Positions 39,315 through 51,229 of a DNA stretch of 64,000 nucleotides are shown in pieces; position 1 is the stretch's first letter; each line of letters opens with the position of its first letter. The notes beneath the pieces were generated by a model. It made no database searches. It was not told the origin of the DNA and was given only the letters and a program-made list of their open reading frames with translations. The position numbers and the translations under genes were made by a program. Origin of the DNA: Mobula hypostoma (taxonomy: Eukaryota); the NCBI RefSeq assembly GCF_963921235.1, contig NC_086097.1, positions 8,060,001 to 8,124,000 on the forward strand. Reading direction: 5' to 3'.

Positions 39315-39630
39315 AGTAGGCTTTTTTCACTGAGGATGGATACAGCCAGAGGTCATGGGTTAAGGGTGAAAGGTGAAAGGTTTAAGAGGAACACGAGTGA
39401 AATTTCTTCACTCAGAGGGTCATGACAATGTGAAATGAGCTGCCAGTGCGAGTTCTGCATCTGAGCTCGTTTTCAATGTTTAAGAGAAGTTTGGATAGGT
39501 ACATTGATGATAGGGGTGTAGAGGGCTATGGTCCCGGTGCAGGTCGATGGAAGTAGGCGCTTTAAATGGTTTGGCACAGGCTAGATGGGCTGAAGGGCTG
39601 TTTCTGTTCTGTACTTTTCTATGACTCTAT
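39315..39630 (+). mobile_element. CR1 3' end
   Basis: CCAGAGGTCATGGGTTAAGGGTGAAAGG..TTCTATGACTCTATG. Confidence 0.85.
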
Positions 39631-39685
39631 GGATCCTAATGTTGGTTCCAAGAGCCAAAGAACTGCAAAAAACTCCCGGGAGTGG

Positions 39686-40370
39686 GGAGAAGATGGCGGA
39701 GCGACGGCAGCGCGCGCGGCCACTTCGGTGGTGATATCTGTTATCTGTCAAGTAGGGGACCGTGCACAATTCTGATTTGATGGAGACAGACATGAGAGCA
39801 CAGCAGAACATCTGGAACTTCTGAAATGACTGCTTGGCTACCGCTGCTACTGTGTGGTAACCGGAATCTGTGGAGCTGAAGGCCTCGAAATCCTCGGCCT
39901 TGCGTGTTTCAGCGGCCAGGGAGAGGTCAAAGGCGCTCGGCAGAGGATAGCACTCGGGAGGCTGTGTTGGAGAGGCTGCTCGGAAGCTCAGAGTTTTTGG
40001 ACTGATGGACTCAAGGTCGGCTGGGGTCGGCTGCTTCCAAGGTGTTGGCAAGTTGACGGTGCCTGGAGGTTTATGGCAGGGAGATTCTCCCTTTTGCCGC
40101 CTGCTATCGGGAACTCGGGAGTTGATCGACTTGGGACTTTGAGACTTTTTTTTACTGTGCCTATGGTCTGTTCTTTATCAAATTATGGTATTGCTTTGCA
40201 CTGCTGTAACTATATGTTATAATTATGTGGTTCTGTCAGTGTTAGTCTTTGGTCTGTCTTGTTTTCTGTGATATCACTCTGGAGAAACATTGTGTCATTT
40301 CTTAATGCATGTACGCATTTCTGAATGACAATAAAAGAGGACTGAGTGTTCTCATAATCTAAATCTAAAT
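39686..40370 (+). mobile_element. Apparently full-length non-coding LINE-dependent element
   Basis: CpG-rich 5' end with AAGATGGCGG (YY1-type motif); AATAAA and AATCTA-type tail; 3' end related to 12360-12766. Confidence 0.7.
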
Positions 40371-40509
40371 GCCAGAGATCAGAAATAAAGACAGAAATTA
40401 ATGTAAGTAATCAGGGGTTCAGATCTTGCAGTCTGAAAGAAGGAAATCAACCTTGTGCTGATGGCATAAGAAACTGTGTTGATTATACCATAGATTCTAT
40501 CTGACATAA

Positions 40510-40668
40510 ACCTAAGAGATTCTGCAGATGCTGGAAATCCAGAGCAACACACACAAACTGCTGGAGGAACTCAGCAGGTCAGGCAGCATCTATGGAAATA
40601 ACTAAACTGTTGACGTTTGGGCTAAGGCCCTTCCTCAGGACTGGAAAGGAATGGTGAAGAAACCAGAG
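40510..40668 (-). mobile_element. Penelope 3' repeat with a degenerate hammerhead (about 40607-40644)
   Basis: CAGTC-CTGAGGA-agggccttagccc-AAA-CGTC-AAC. Confidence 0.8.
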
Positions 40669-41224
40669 CCGATTGCTCACTTAGGCAACTTAGTCAGGAA
40701 AGAGACAGATTGAAGAGCAGTTTTCACGCTATATAGCTATGACTTCATGTCTTGGCCAACATGTTTGCCACAATCAATATCACTGAAACAGATTCTATTC
40801 ACTGAAATAGACAATCTGGGCTTTATCATATTGCTCTTAACGAGGGCCGGCAGTGCACAAATTGGCTGGTGTATTCCTTTCCAACACCACATTAATTCCG
40901 CATTATCACTACATTTTCAGCTGGAAGCATTTCTTACTTCCTGATTGCTACAAGGCTGGAGATAATGGCTGTAATACTAACTGGGAGGAAGGGCCATTTT
41001 ATTGAAAGAGGAGTGAGCAGGAAACCGAATTTGTGGAAACCGAATTAAGAACCAAGAAAGGGAGCTACTCCATCATTTACAGCCTGTGACATTTTTTTTC
41101 CCCGTTGCTTCAAGCTAACCTAGTGAAGTAGGCGGGAAAATTATTGCGAATGCTACCAATCTTGCAAACTGCCTTTTCCAAAAGGTCCATTCTGGAACTT
41201 GCTCATCATCAACCTTATGTGCTA

Positions 41225-41546
41225 TATATTCTTATGACTATGATTGTTCGTGGCAATTGTTTCTACAGAAGTGTATTGCCATTGCCTTCTTCTGGGCAGT
41301 GTCTTTACAAGGAAGGAGACCCCAGCCATTATCAATACTCTTCAGAGATTGTCTGCCTGGCGTTAGTGTTCGCATGTGATATGCACCAGCTGCTCATACG
41401 ACCAACCTGCTCCCATGGCTACACGTGACCCTGACTGGGGGGCTAAGCAGATGCAACACATTGCCCAAGAGTGACCTGCAAGCTAGCGGAGGGAAAGGGC
41501 AGCTTGTGCCTCTTTTGGTAGAGATATATCACCACCCAGCCACCCA
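41225..41546 (-). mobile_element. Family 3 RTE-tail element
   Basis: Homologous to 6372-6720. Confidence 0.7.
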
Positions 41547-41554
41547 GGAAAGCA

Positions 41555-41970
41555 CAGGACAACTTAAAGTGACCAATTAACCTACTAACCAGTACGTCTT
41601 TGGACTGTGGTGGAGGAACCTGAGCACTCAGTGAGAACCCATGTGGTCATGGGGAGAACGTCCAAACTCCTTACAGACGGTGCCAGAATTGAACCCAGAA
41701 CTCCGATGCCCCAAGTTGCGCTAGCCACTATGGAATTTCTTTAGCCAGAGGGTGGTAAACCCATGGAATTTGTTGTCATAGGCAGCTGCGGAGGCCAAGT
41801 CACTGGGTATATTTAAAGCAGAGTTTGATAGAATTTTGATTAGTCAGGGCACGAAGGGATATGGGGAGAAGATTGGAACTGAGGAGGAAATGGATCTGCA
41901 ATAATGAAATGGTGGAGAAGACTTGATGGGCCAGATGGCCTAATTCTGCTCCTATATTTTATGGTCTTAC
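41555..41970. mobile_element. HE1-like SINE fragment (-) followed by a CR1 3' end (+)
   Basis: GACCAATTAACCTACTAACCAGTACGTCTTTGG; GAATTTCTTTAGCCAGAGGGTGG. Confidence 0.75.
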
Positions 41971-42805
41971 GTTTTCTGACCTCCTGAGATCCCCCCGCAT
42001 TTTATGTGTTGAAGGAGAAATTTGGTGGTTTGCTATGAGGCACGTGAATCAAAAAATATCACATAGGATTCATCTACCTGATTCTGCTCCTCTAGCTTAT
42101 GGTCCTTATGGTCTATGTTACTGGGGCATCCTTTCTTCCTTAAACTGAACGCACAGAAAGCACTTTGACCCCTCAGTCACCCAAATGAGACGTACTTAGA
42201 ACGTGAACTGCCGTTTATGTGTGAGAGACATAATTGATAATTAAGTGCTCATGTGTCAGAGTAAGCTTCCATGAAGTGCTTTTATTTCCTGTGTGTTAAT
42301 GGTTAATTGGATTGTTACCACACATCGCAAGTACAATAATTAGCTGCAAAGCCAAACCATTAAAAGTATTTTGAGTCGTCTGTTATCTGAATTGCAGATG
42401 ACATTACAATGGTTTCCCCAGGGCAAGGTTGCAATTTCAGATCACCTTATATAAAACGGGCAGTGTTAACTTAGATTATTTCATGAAACGAAGAAACTAT
42501 TATAAAATAAATCTGCTCAGAAAAGAATCCGATCAAATACCAGCAGTGCTGTTACCAAACATACCTTCCTTAATTAAATCAGACATTAAAGTTTTCCGAG
42601 GAAAATCTATGAAGGGAGAACATTGAGCATAATATTTTACCCTGAGGGTAACATCATTATTTGGTGAGAATTATAGAGGTGGTGGCTGATTTACAGACAT
42701 TGTTCTGAAGAGTAAATTGCTTGGAGCTTTCAGGGGAAAAATAAATGCAAGAAAATCATAAGGTTGTACACGAAACAGCTGAAAAATTCCCTTCAAGCAA
42801 CATAA

Positions 42806-43512
42806 TTGCTACACCTGCCCTTACACCTCCTCCCTCGCCTCCATTCAGGATCCAAGCAGTCCTTCCACGTGAGGCAACACTTCACCTGCAAATCTGCTGG
42901 AGTTCAGTGCTCCCAATGTGGCCTCCTCTACAATGGTGAGAGCCGGCGTAAATTAGAGGGCTGCTTCAGTGAGCACCTCCACTCCATCCATCACAAGTGG
43001 GTCTTCCCAGTGGTCAAACATTATCATTTCCATTCCCATTCCAACGTGTCAATCCATGGCCTCTTCTTGTGCCAAGATGAGGTCATCCTCTGGGTGGATC
43101 AACAACATCTTACATTCTATCTGCATAGCCTCCAACCTTTTGGTATGAATATCGATTTCTCCTTCTGGTGAACAGAGTTTACACTCCCCCTTCCTCTATT
43201 CCCCACTCTGATCTTTGACTTCTTCTCACCTGCCTATTAGTTTCTCCTGGGTGCCTCCTCCTTCCCTTTCTCATATGGTCCATTCTCCTCTCCTATCCAG
43301 TTCTTTCTTCTCCTGCCCCTGACCTTTCCCACCCAGCTGGCTTCACCTGTCACCTTCCAAGTAGCCTCTTTCCCCTCCCCCCACCTTTTTATTCTGGCGT
43401 TTTGCCCTTCCCTCTCACTGCTGAACTGTTAACTCTCAACTGAACTCTCAACTGTTTATTCATTTCCGTAGATGCTGCCTGATCTGCTGAGTTCCTCCAG
43501 TATTTTGTGTGA
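42806..43512 (+). mobile_element. Penelope fragment: GIY-YIG plus 3' UTR; hammerhead region lost
   Basis: KQSFHVRQHFTC..CGLLYNGE..LQPFGMNIDFS. Confidence 0.9.
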
Positions 43513-43643
43513 AAATTAAAGCTGGGTGAACAGAGTAAACCTAAAGCACAAAATATAATGGAAGGAAAGTTTACTTTTGGACAATGACAGAATGCCCCAA
43601 AGTTATTATAACCAAAGGTTGAAATTGTTGTGTAAGTTTACTG

Positions 43644-44236
43644 GTGGTACTGGTGGCATTCATTAGTCTCGCGAGACCTTGGATCTGCGCCTGGATTCTC
43701 CAGGGTGCAGGCCTGGGCAAGGTTTTATGGAAGACCGGCGGTTGTCCATGCAGCAAGTCTCCCCTCTCCACGTCACCGACGTTGTCCAAGGGAAGGGCAA
43801 GGGCCGATACAGCTTGGCACCAGTGTCGTCGCAGGAGTTGCCAGAATGAGGTTGAAGGCAACGTTGGACTGCCTTAGGGACTCCAGCTCCGGATTTGTCC
43901 TCAGGGTTTACTCCCGAAGCCTTTCCCATCAGTGGGTATGGCCGCAAGGCAGTGGAGGTTTGAAATCAGAGTTTTCCCTCTCTTAGATGGACTACCTTCC
44001 CAGGTTGACGAGCTCCATCTACCCGAAGCACTGGTTTTAAGGCGCCAGGACCCGCCTTCGCCCCTTCTCCTGTCAGTAGAGACAGTTCCACCAGGCTTAG
44101 AGGCTAACCACACGAGAAGGCCAGGAGTTGGGCTTGGTTGTCAGAGGCTATTTGAGGCGCATGCCATAAGGAGCACTTCCTAGGTAGTGGGAGCTTGTCC
44201 CCACTACCAGTCCTCAGCTTGACAACCTTGGAAGCC
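43644..44236 (-). mobile_element. Full-length HDV-like-headed non-coding RTE-type element, family 1, with 12-bp TSD
   Basis: TSD GTAAGTTTA(C/G)TG at 43632 and 44237; no homologous ORF; tail GGTCTCGCGAGAC hairpin. Confidence 0.88.
44067..44236 (-). ncRNA. Candidate HDV-like ribozyme, family 1
   Basis: P1 GG(c)UUCC/GGAACU, P2 CUCCUG/CAGGAG, P3 GCC/GGU, L3 UUCUCG plus hairpin, J4/2 CUGA. Confidence 0.65.
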
Positions 44237-44564
44237 GTAAGTTTAGTGCTAGCAATCAAAGATGAATTTCTCTCCCTTCATTACAGCTTCTTTTAGAATT
44301 AGCTGGCAACGCTAGTTTCTGAACTGGACCCCTTCTAATTCTTTCCACATCAGACTTGAATTCACCAAGAGAAAGATACTGCAGAAAAGCCTTAGCCAAT
44401 GGTCTTAGACTAATTTCTCATCATTTAAGCGGAGATCCAAATTTGAAGAGCAAAAATTAGCAGCACACTTTTTCATATAATCATTTTATTTTGAGATAGA
44501 GCATGGTACAGTCCCTTCTGGCCCAAGTAGCCACACTGCACAGCAACCTGCCCATTTAAACCCT

Positions 44565-44797
44565 AGCAACACACATCAAATTTGCTGGTGAATGCAGCAG
44601 GCCAGGCAGCATCTCTAGGAAGAGGCACAATCGACGTTTCAGGCCGAGACCCTTCGTCAGTTAGTCCTGATGAAGGGTCTCGGCCTGAAACGTCGACTGT
44701 ACCTCTTCCTAGAGATGCTGCCTGGCCTGCTGCGTTCACCAGCAACTTTGATGTGTGTTGCTTGAATTTCCAGCATCTGAAGAATTCCTCGTATTTA
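44565..44797. mobile_element. Young Penelope head-to-head palindrome: 96-bp arms, 5 mismatches, 6-bp spacer, about 15-bp TSD
   Basis: Arms 44565-44660 and 44667-44762; CATTTAAACCCTAGC at 44553 and 44798. Confidence 0.92.
44662..44699 (+). ncRNA. Minimal type I hammerhead ribozyme motif
   Basis: UAGUC-CUGAUGA-AGG gucucgg CCU-GAAA-CGUC^GACUG; predicted cleavage after 44694. Confidence 0.82.
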
Positions 44798-45195
44798 CAT
44801 TTAAACCCTAGCCTAATCTCAGGACAATTTACAATGATCAATTAACCGAATGAACAGTATGTCTTTGGACTGTGAGAGGGAATCAGAGCACCTGGAGGAA
44901 ATCTATGCGGTGACTGGGAGAACATGCAAGCTCCTTACAGACCGTGGGGGGAATTGAACCTGGGTCACTGGTACTGTAAAGCATTGTGCTAATCACTATG
45001 CTACGGTTCCTCCAGAATTTTACATATGTTGTTCTGGATTTCTCGCATCTGCAGATGGTATTGGAATTGAACTCTGAACTCCAGAGTGCCCCAAGCTCTA
45101 ATAGCCTCACGTTAACCGCTACACTAGCATGGTGACCCTTGCGTTAAAGTGATGACATAAGACACTCTTAAAATGCTAACTTTGATCCACAGCTG

Positions 45196-45738
45196 GGATG
45201 GTGGAGGTGGTTGCCCATCGTGTCCGACGATGACAGGAAACCTGCGCAGGAGAGTTTTTAAAATGGAAAATCCATTTCACTGGGGCTGTTCCACTCTCTC
45301 AACCTTGGAAGTCTGGGTCCAGTGATACAAACAAGTGTCACAAACTGAGGTTTTCTTTGTTAGCAGTTGACCATGACCTATTCTGTCCCTTCGCTCTCCG
45401 TGGAGCATCACATTACTACCTTCCTGGCTGTTAGATCTCACTGTAGATCTCATCCTCCCAGTCAGCTGGTGCTGACTTTGCATGCTAGAACAGGCATGTC
45501 CCTATCGCACTGGGGAATGAGGCTTTCCAGCTACTCTCACCTGGTTTAGCCTGCCTGTCGAAGTCGTGTACCAGGGTGTGGATGCGGTCGCATGTAAAGA
45601 GCTACTTGGAGCCACAGGTGAGAGCAGAGTGTCCAGTGGGAACCACAGGTGAATCAGCTACCTCAGAATGGACAGAAGAAGCCCCTTCACCAGAGTTGCT
45701 ACCCCTCCCTGGACATTCCATGTACACCAACACACCAC
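45196..45738 (-). mobile_element. Non-coding RTE-like element, family 2, with a candidate 5' HDV-like ribozyme (45533-45738)
   Basis: 10-bp P2 CUCUCACCUG/CAGGUGAGAG, L3 UCCAAG, P1' ACACCCU then GG, J4/2 GGCUAA. Confidence 0.6.
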
Positions 45739-46734
45739 CTAGGCAAATTCATTTATAGACTGCTTGATGCCAAATATTGTCTAATAATTATCCATTGGAG
45801 TATCTGGGGAAAATGTATTGTATTATATTAAATGTGGTAGATAATGCAAATTAGATGGTTTCATTTGCAAACCTAATCTCTGTTGTAATATGAAAGCAAG
45901 TAAAAGGAAAAATTCCTTGATCCAGCAGACAATGTGCACTGCACAAGCTGAGATGGTTGTTAGTATACAATAATTAACTCATTTATGGTTATACATAGTA
46001 ATATTATCTAGAATAATGAATGATGTGATCAAAATGGAAGAACACAATTCGGAAGTCAAGTGAAGTTAGGTTTATCGTCATTTAACTATATACATGTATA
46101 CCACCATAAGAGACAGCATTTCTCTGGACCAAGCTATAAAGCACAGTAGTACACATAACTCACATATAACACACAATAGCTTGGGAAAGTAAGAATTAAT
46201 TCTACAAATGAATTACGCATAGAAAAACAAAGTGAAGTGCATAATTTAAATATTGTAAGGCACAGAACAGGTTAACTGGTGACACTCTGAATGCGATGTG
46301 GCAGGGAATTCAGAAGCCTAATGGCCTAAGGGAAGAAACTGTTTCCCAACCTGACCATTCTTGAATTTATGGCGTCTCCTACCTGATCATAGAAAGTCAA
46401 AGGAAGGGGTTGCTGGATGAATGGGTGGGATCCTCGATAATACTAAGGGCCCTGCATATGCAGTGCTCCTGATAAATGTCCCCGATGGATGGTAGGGAGA
46501 CCCCTTTGAACCTCTCAGCTGTTCTCACAGTCCTTTGTATGGACTTCTGGTCTGATGTTTGGCTGCTCCCATACAAAATGGAGATGCAATTTGTCAGGAT
46601 GCTCTTAATGGTCGCAAACGAACTCTCTCAACATTCTCACCGCTCCCAAAAGAAATTGTAATAAAATTTCCAGTGCCCTGACACAAATTGCCACCTAACT
46701 GTCAGATACACATGGATTAATATAGAGACCAGAA

Positions 46735-48290
46735 GGCCATAAAAGATAGGAGCAGAATTAGGTCATTTGGTCCATTGAGAGTGTTCCGACATTCAGTCAT
46801 GGCTGATCCTTTTATCTCCTCCGCAGCCCCAGTCACCAGTCTTCTCCCAGATAACTTTTGATGCCATGTTCAATCAGAACCTATCAATCTCTGCCTTAAA
46901 TATACCCAATGACCTGGCCTGCACAGCTGCCTGTGGTAACAATTTCCATAAATTCACCATCTTCTGGCTAAAGAAATTTCTCCACATCTGTTTTATATGG
47001 ACAACCTCTATCCTGAGTCTGTGCCCTCTTGTCCTAGACTCCACCACCATGGGAAACATCCTTTCCACATCTACTCTGTCTAGGCCTTTCAACGTTCGAA
47101 AGTTTTCAATGAGATCACTCATCATTCTTCGAAATTCCAGTGAGTACAGACCCAGAGCCATCAAATGTTCCACACATGATAATCCTTTTATTCCCAGAAT
47201 CATCCTTGTGAACCTCCTCTGAACCCTCTCTAATGCTAGCACACCTTTTCTTAGACAAGGAGCCCAAAATTGTTCATAATACTAAAGGTAAGGTCTCACC
47301 AGTGCCTTATAAAGCCTCAACGTCACATCACTGCTCTTGTATTCTAGACCCCTTGAAAAGAATGCTAACATTGCATTTGCCTTCCTCGTCACCGACTCTA
47401 ACTGCAAGTTAACCTTTAGGGTGTTCTGCACAAGGACTCTCAAGTCCCTTTGCATCTTAGATTTTGGATTTTTTTCCTTTTTAGAAAATAATCTGCACAT
47501 TTATTTCTACTACTGAAGTGCATGACCATGCATTTTCCAACATTGTATTTCACTTGGCACTTTCTTGCTCATTCTCCTCATCTGTCTAAATCTTTCTGCA
47601 TCCTACCTGTGTCCTCTAATCTACCTGCCCCTCCACCACTCTTTGCATCATCTGCAAATTGGCAACAAAGCCATCTATTTCATCATCTGAATCATTGAGA
47701 TACAGCGCAAAAAGAAGCGTTCCCAACACTGACCCCTGTAGAACACCACTAGTCACTGGCAACCAACCAAAAAAAGGATCTTTTTATTCCCACTTGCTGC
47801 CTCCTTCCAATCAGCCAATGTTCTGACCATGCCAGTAACTTTCCTGTATCAATTTGGTAAGCAGCCTCATGTATAGCACCTTGACAAAGGCCTTCTGAAA
47901 GTCCAAACATACAACCACTGCATCCCCTTTATCTATCCTACTTGTAATCTCCTCAAAGAATTCCAGCAGGTTTGTCAGGCAAGATTTTCCCCTAAGGAAA
48001 TCATGCTGACTTTCTCCTGTCTTGTCCTGCATCACCAAGTTCTCCATACCCACATCCTTAACAACTGAATCCAACATCTTCCCAACCACTGAGGTCAGGC
48101 TAGCTGGTCTATAATTTCCTTTCTGCTGCCTTCCTCCTTACTTAAGGAGTGGAATGAGATTTGCAATTTTCCTGTCCTCTGGCACCATGCTAGAGTCCAA
48201 TGGTTTTTGAAATATCATTATTAATGCCTCCACAGTCTCTATCACAACCTCTTTCAGACCCTAGGGTGAGTTCATCTGGTTCGGGTGACT
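46735..48290 (-). mobile_element. CR1 LINE, decayed ORF2
   Basis: ORFs 47811..48089, 47282..47500, 46874..47242. Confidence 0.93.
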
Positions 48291-48699
48291 TAGGTCTTAA
48301 AGGGGGAAACAAACCACTTGGGACCATCTACTGGCGTTCACCATCTTTAACAGCTCAATAAATAACATACTGTATTTAAAAGAAGATTGTTTGCAGATCA
48401 ATAGAAGGCAGAAAAAAATATAGACAAGGAAACCTCAGGATAGAAAATGGATTTGTTATGCGGGATGAGATTAAAAAAACAGAGTGAACCCTCATGCAGA
48501 ATAATGAAGTAAAAATCCTGAAGTAACACTTGCAGTATTTAATTATAGCCATAGGACTGCAGTGGAACATTTCCTGGACAATGGGCCAGACAGCCCTATT
48601 CACCCGATAATATCTTATGACCTTGTAATAGGAAATGATCCATGATTCCTGCTTATAATTGCAATCTGTTAATCATTGCAGAGAAAACATGTATACCTT

Positions 48700-48995
48700 T
48701 ATTATTTACTTACTTAGAGATATAATGCAGGACAGGCTCTTTGGGCCCAATGATCAACACTGCCTAGCAACCCACCTATTTAACACTAGCCTAATCACAG
48801 GACAAATTACAATGACCAATTAACTTATTAACTATACCTCTTTGGACTATGGGAGAAAACTAGAGTACCTGGAGCAAGCCCACGTGGTCACGGGCAGGTA
48901 CGTACATTCTCCTTACAGACAGCACTGGAATTGAACTCCAAGCATCAACATCCTGAGTTGTAATGGAGTCATGCTAACTACTAGACTGCCTTAGC
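48700..48995 (-). mobile_element. HE1/V-SINE-like SINE
   Basis: CTAGCCTAATCACAGGACAAATTACAATGACCAATTAA. Confidence 0.8.
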
Positions 48996-49244
48996 ATCCC
49001 CTCAGTTTCAGAATGGGGCTAATAATCTGGAAGGTCTAGCAAACTGCGGAAAGTAACGATGCCGATAGTTCTTGCCTTGGTTTTCTCTTTTACGGATTTG
49101 AAATTCGACAGAAATAGGTAACAACCTTGGTAAGTAGATGCAGCTACTTCATTTCTTATGATGGAATCTCTGCCCTTGTGTCATCAATGAGATGTACTAG
49201 CGCTGTTATGTCTTGTCACATGAATTATCCCATTGTGTTATTTA

Positions 49245-49640
49245 GAATCATAGAAACTACAACACAGAAACAGTCCCTTCATTCTATTTAGATTGTGCCA
49301 AACCACTGATCTGCCTAGTTCCATCAACCTGCATGAGACCATAGCTCTCCATTCCGCTACCATGTACTTACCTATCCAAATTTCCCTTAACTATTGAAAT
49401 CAAACCAGAATCCTCCATTTCTGCTGGCAGCTTGTTCAACTCTTTCACCACCCTCTGAGCGAAGAAGTTCCCCCTTGTGTTCCTCTTAAACATTTTACCT
49501 TTCACCCTTAACCCAAGACCTCTAATTGCAGCCTCACCCAACCTCAGTGGAAAAAGCCTGCATGCAATTAACTTATCTGTATCCCTCATAATTTAGCATA
49601 CCTATATCAAATCTCCCCTCAATCTTCTATGCTCTAGGTA
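49245..49640 (-). mobile_element. CR1 3' end
   Basis: RLFPLRLGE..RGNFFAQRVV. Confidence 0.85.
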
Positions 49641-50655
49641 AGTGTTACATTAGATCACATAATAGTTTATTTTGGGTTTCCATCGGCTGTTGCATCTTGA
49701 TTATAAAAACATCTGCAGCCCCTTCATAAATAGAAAATGATAAACTGATATATTGCCTCATTATTGTCACGTGTACTAAAGTACAATGAAAAGCGTGCCT
49801 TACATACTGTTCATACAGATTAAATCATTATGAAGTGCATTGACGTCATACAAGGTGGAACTATAAACGAATGCAGAATAAAATATTACAGCTAAAGTGT
49901 GTAATGCAGGGAGACAGTAAGATATGAGTTAAAGACAAGGTACATTGTAAGGTACAGAGTCAATCTTGTTGTACTAGAGATCCATCCAATAGTTGAACAA
50001 CAGTGGGATTGAGGTTATTCTGAAATCTGAAGGTATGAGCTTTCAGGATTTTGTACTGAATGGGATAGGGAGGGGAAAGAATGCCCATGGTGGGTGGGGT
50101 CTTTGATTATGCTGGCTGTTTTACCCAGCCAACAAAGTGTACACGGAGTCTGTGGAGGAGAGGCTGGTTTCCATGATATTTTGAGCTTTGTCTACAACTC
50201 TGTGCACGCCACTTGTGGTCACTGGCAGAGCAGTCGCCAAACCAACTCATGAAACAACTATTGATATCAATTAAATAGTATCAATAAAATTTCAGTTGTT
50301 CAATTTAACATCAGAGAATGTCTGCAGTATACAGGTACAACCTGAAATCCTTACTCTTCACAGACATCCACGAAACAGAGAAGAAAACCCCAAGGAATGA
50401 ATGACAGAAAAATGTTAGAACCACAAAGCCACCTCCCACCCCACATACAAGCAGCAGAAAAGCATCAATCTTCCACTTCCCCCTCCCCCTTACCTCACAA
50501 AAGCTTCAACCCCACTACTACCCATCATGCAATTTCCAGCCTGCAGAGACCATGACCTGGTCCATCAAAAACTACTGTACCTCCTAACGCTTCAACATTT
50601 CAACAGGTCCTCTTTCTCACTAAAAAGGGACAGCAAGATATCGTTCCAGCCACAG

Positions 50656-50857
50656 TCCATTAGCTCGTTGTTTCAATGTTACAGTCTGCAGCGTCACTTA
50701 CTCCAGCTCCCCGATTCAAGAATCAGCACCTTACAATGTACCTTGTCTTTAACTCATATCTTACTGTCTCCCTGCATTACACACTCCATTAGCTCGTTGT
50801 TTCAATGTTACAGTCTGCAGCGTCACTTACTCCAGCTCCCCGATTCAAGAATCAGCA
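50656..50857. repeat. Exact 73-bp direct duplication around a 56-bp spacer
   Basis: 50656-50728 is identical to 50785-50857. Confidence 0.92.
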
Positions 50858-51229
50858 AATTCTCTCACTATTGAGAGAGAAAGAGATCACTTGAGTGCAA
50901 AGGCCTCAGACAGCCATGCCCACAGCCTTGGTGTTTCAATCTCCTGCGACGTTTCAGTTGACAACATCGGCAAGGAATCAGGTCGTCCTCAGGGTTGCAT
51001 CCCGAAGGTGCACGTCTTCCAAGCTGCTCTGGAGATGCCGAAATGCAAGGCGCTCCATGAGTTCCAAAGAGCGGGAACCCACGGTCTGTGAAGAATTTAG
51101 TTTGAGCACAGCTGCAGAACATGGACTGTGACAGAACTCCAGCCACCATGAAAGTGAATGAAGAGTCAAGAGAACAGGAAATCTTAACTGTTTGGCAGAT
51201 GAACTGGAAGAAGTTGCCCAGGTCTGCAG

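Larger units (their letters stand above)
44480..45135 (-). mobile_element. HE1/V-SINE-like SINE with a second head fragment, hosting the Penelope palindrome
   Basis: Conserved central domain; GGAATTGAACCTGGGTC (B box on the minus strand). Confidence 0.8.

Noticed and set aside
44563..44845. Near-identical ORFs on both strands (also 52399-52995)
   Set aside because: Artefact of the palindromic non-coding Penelope repeat
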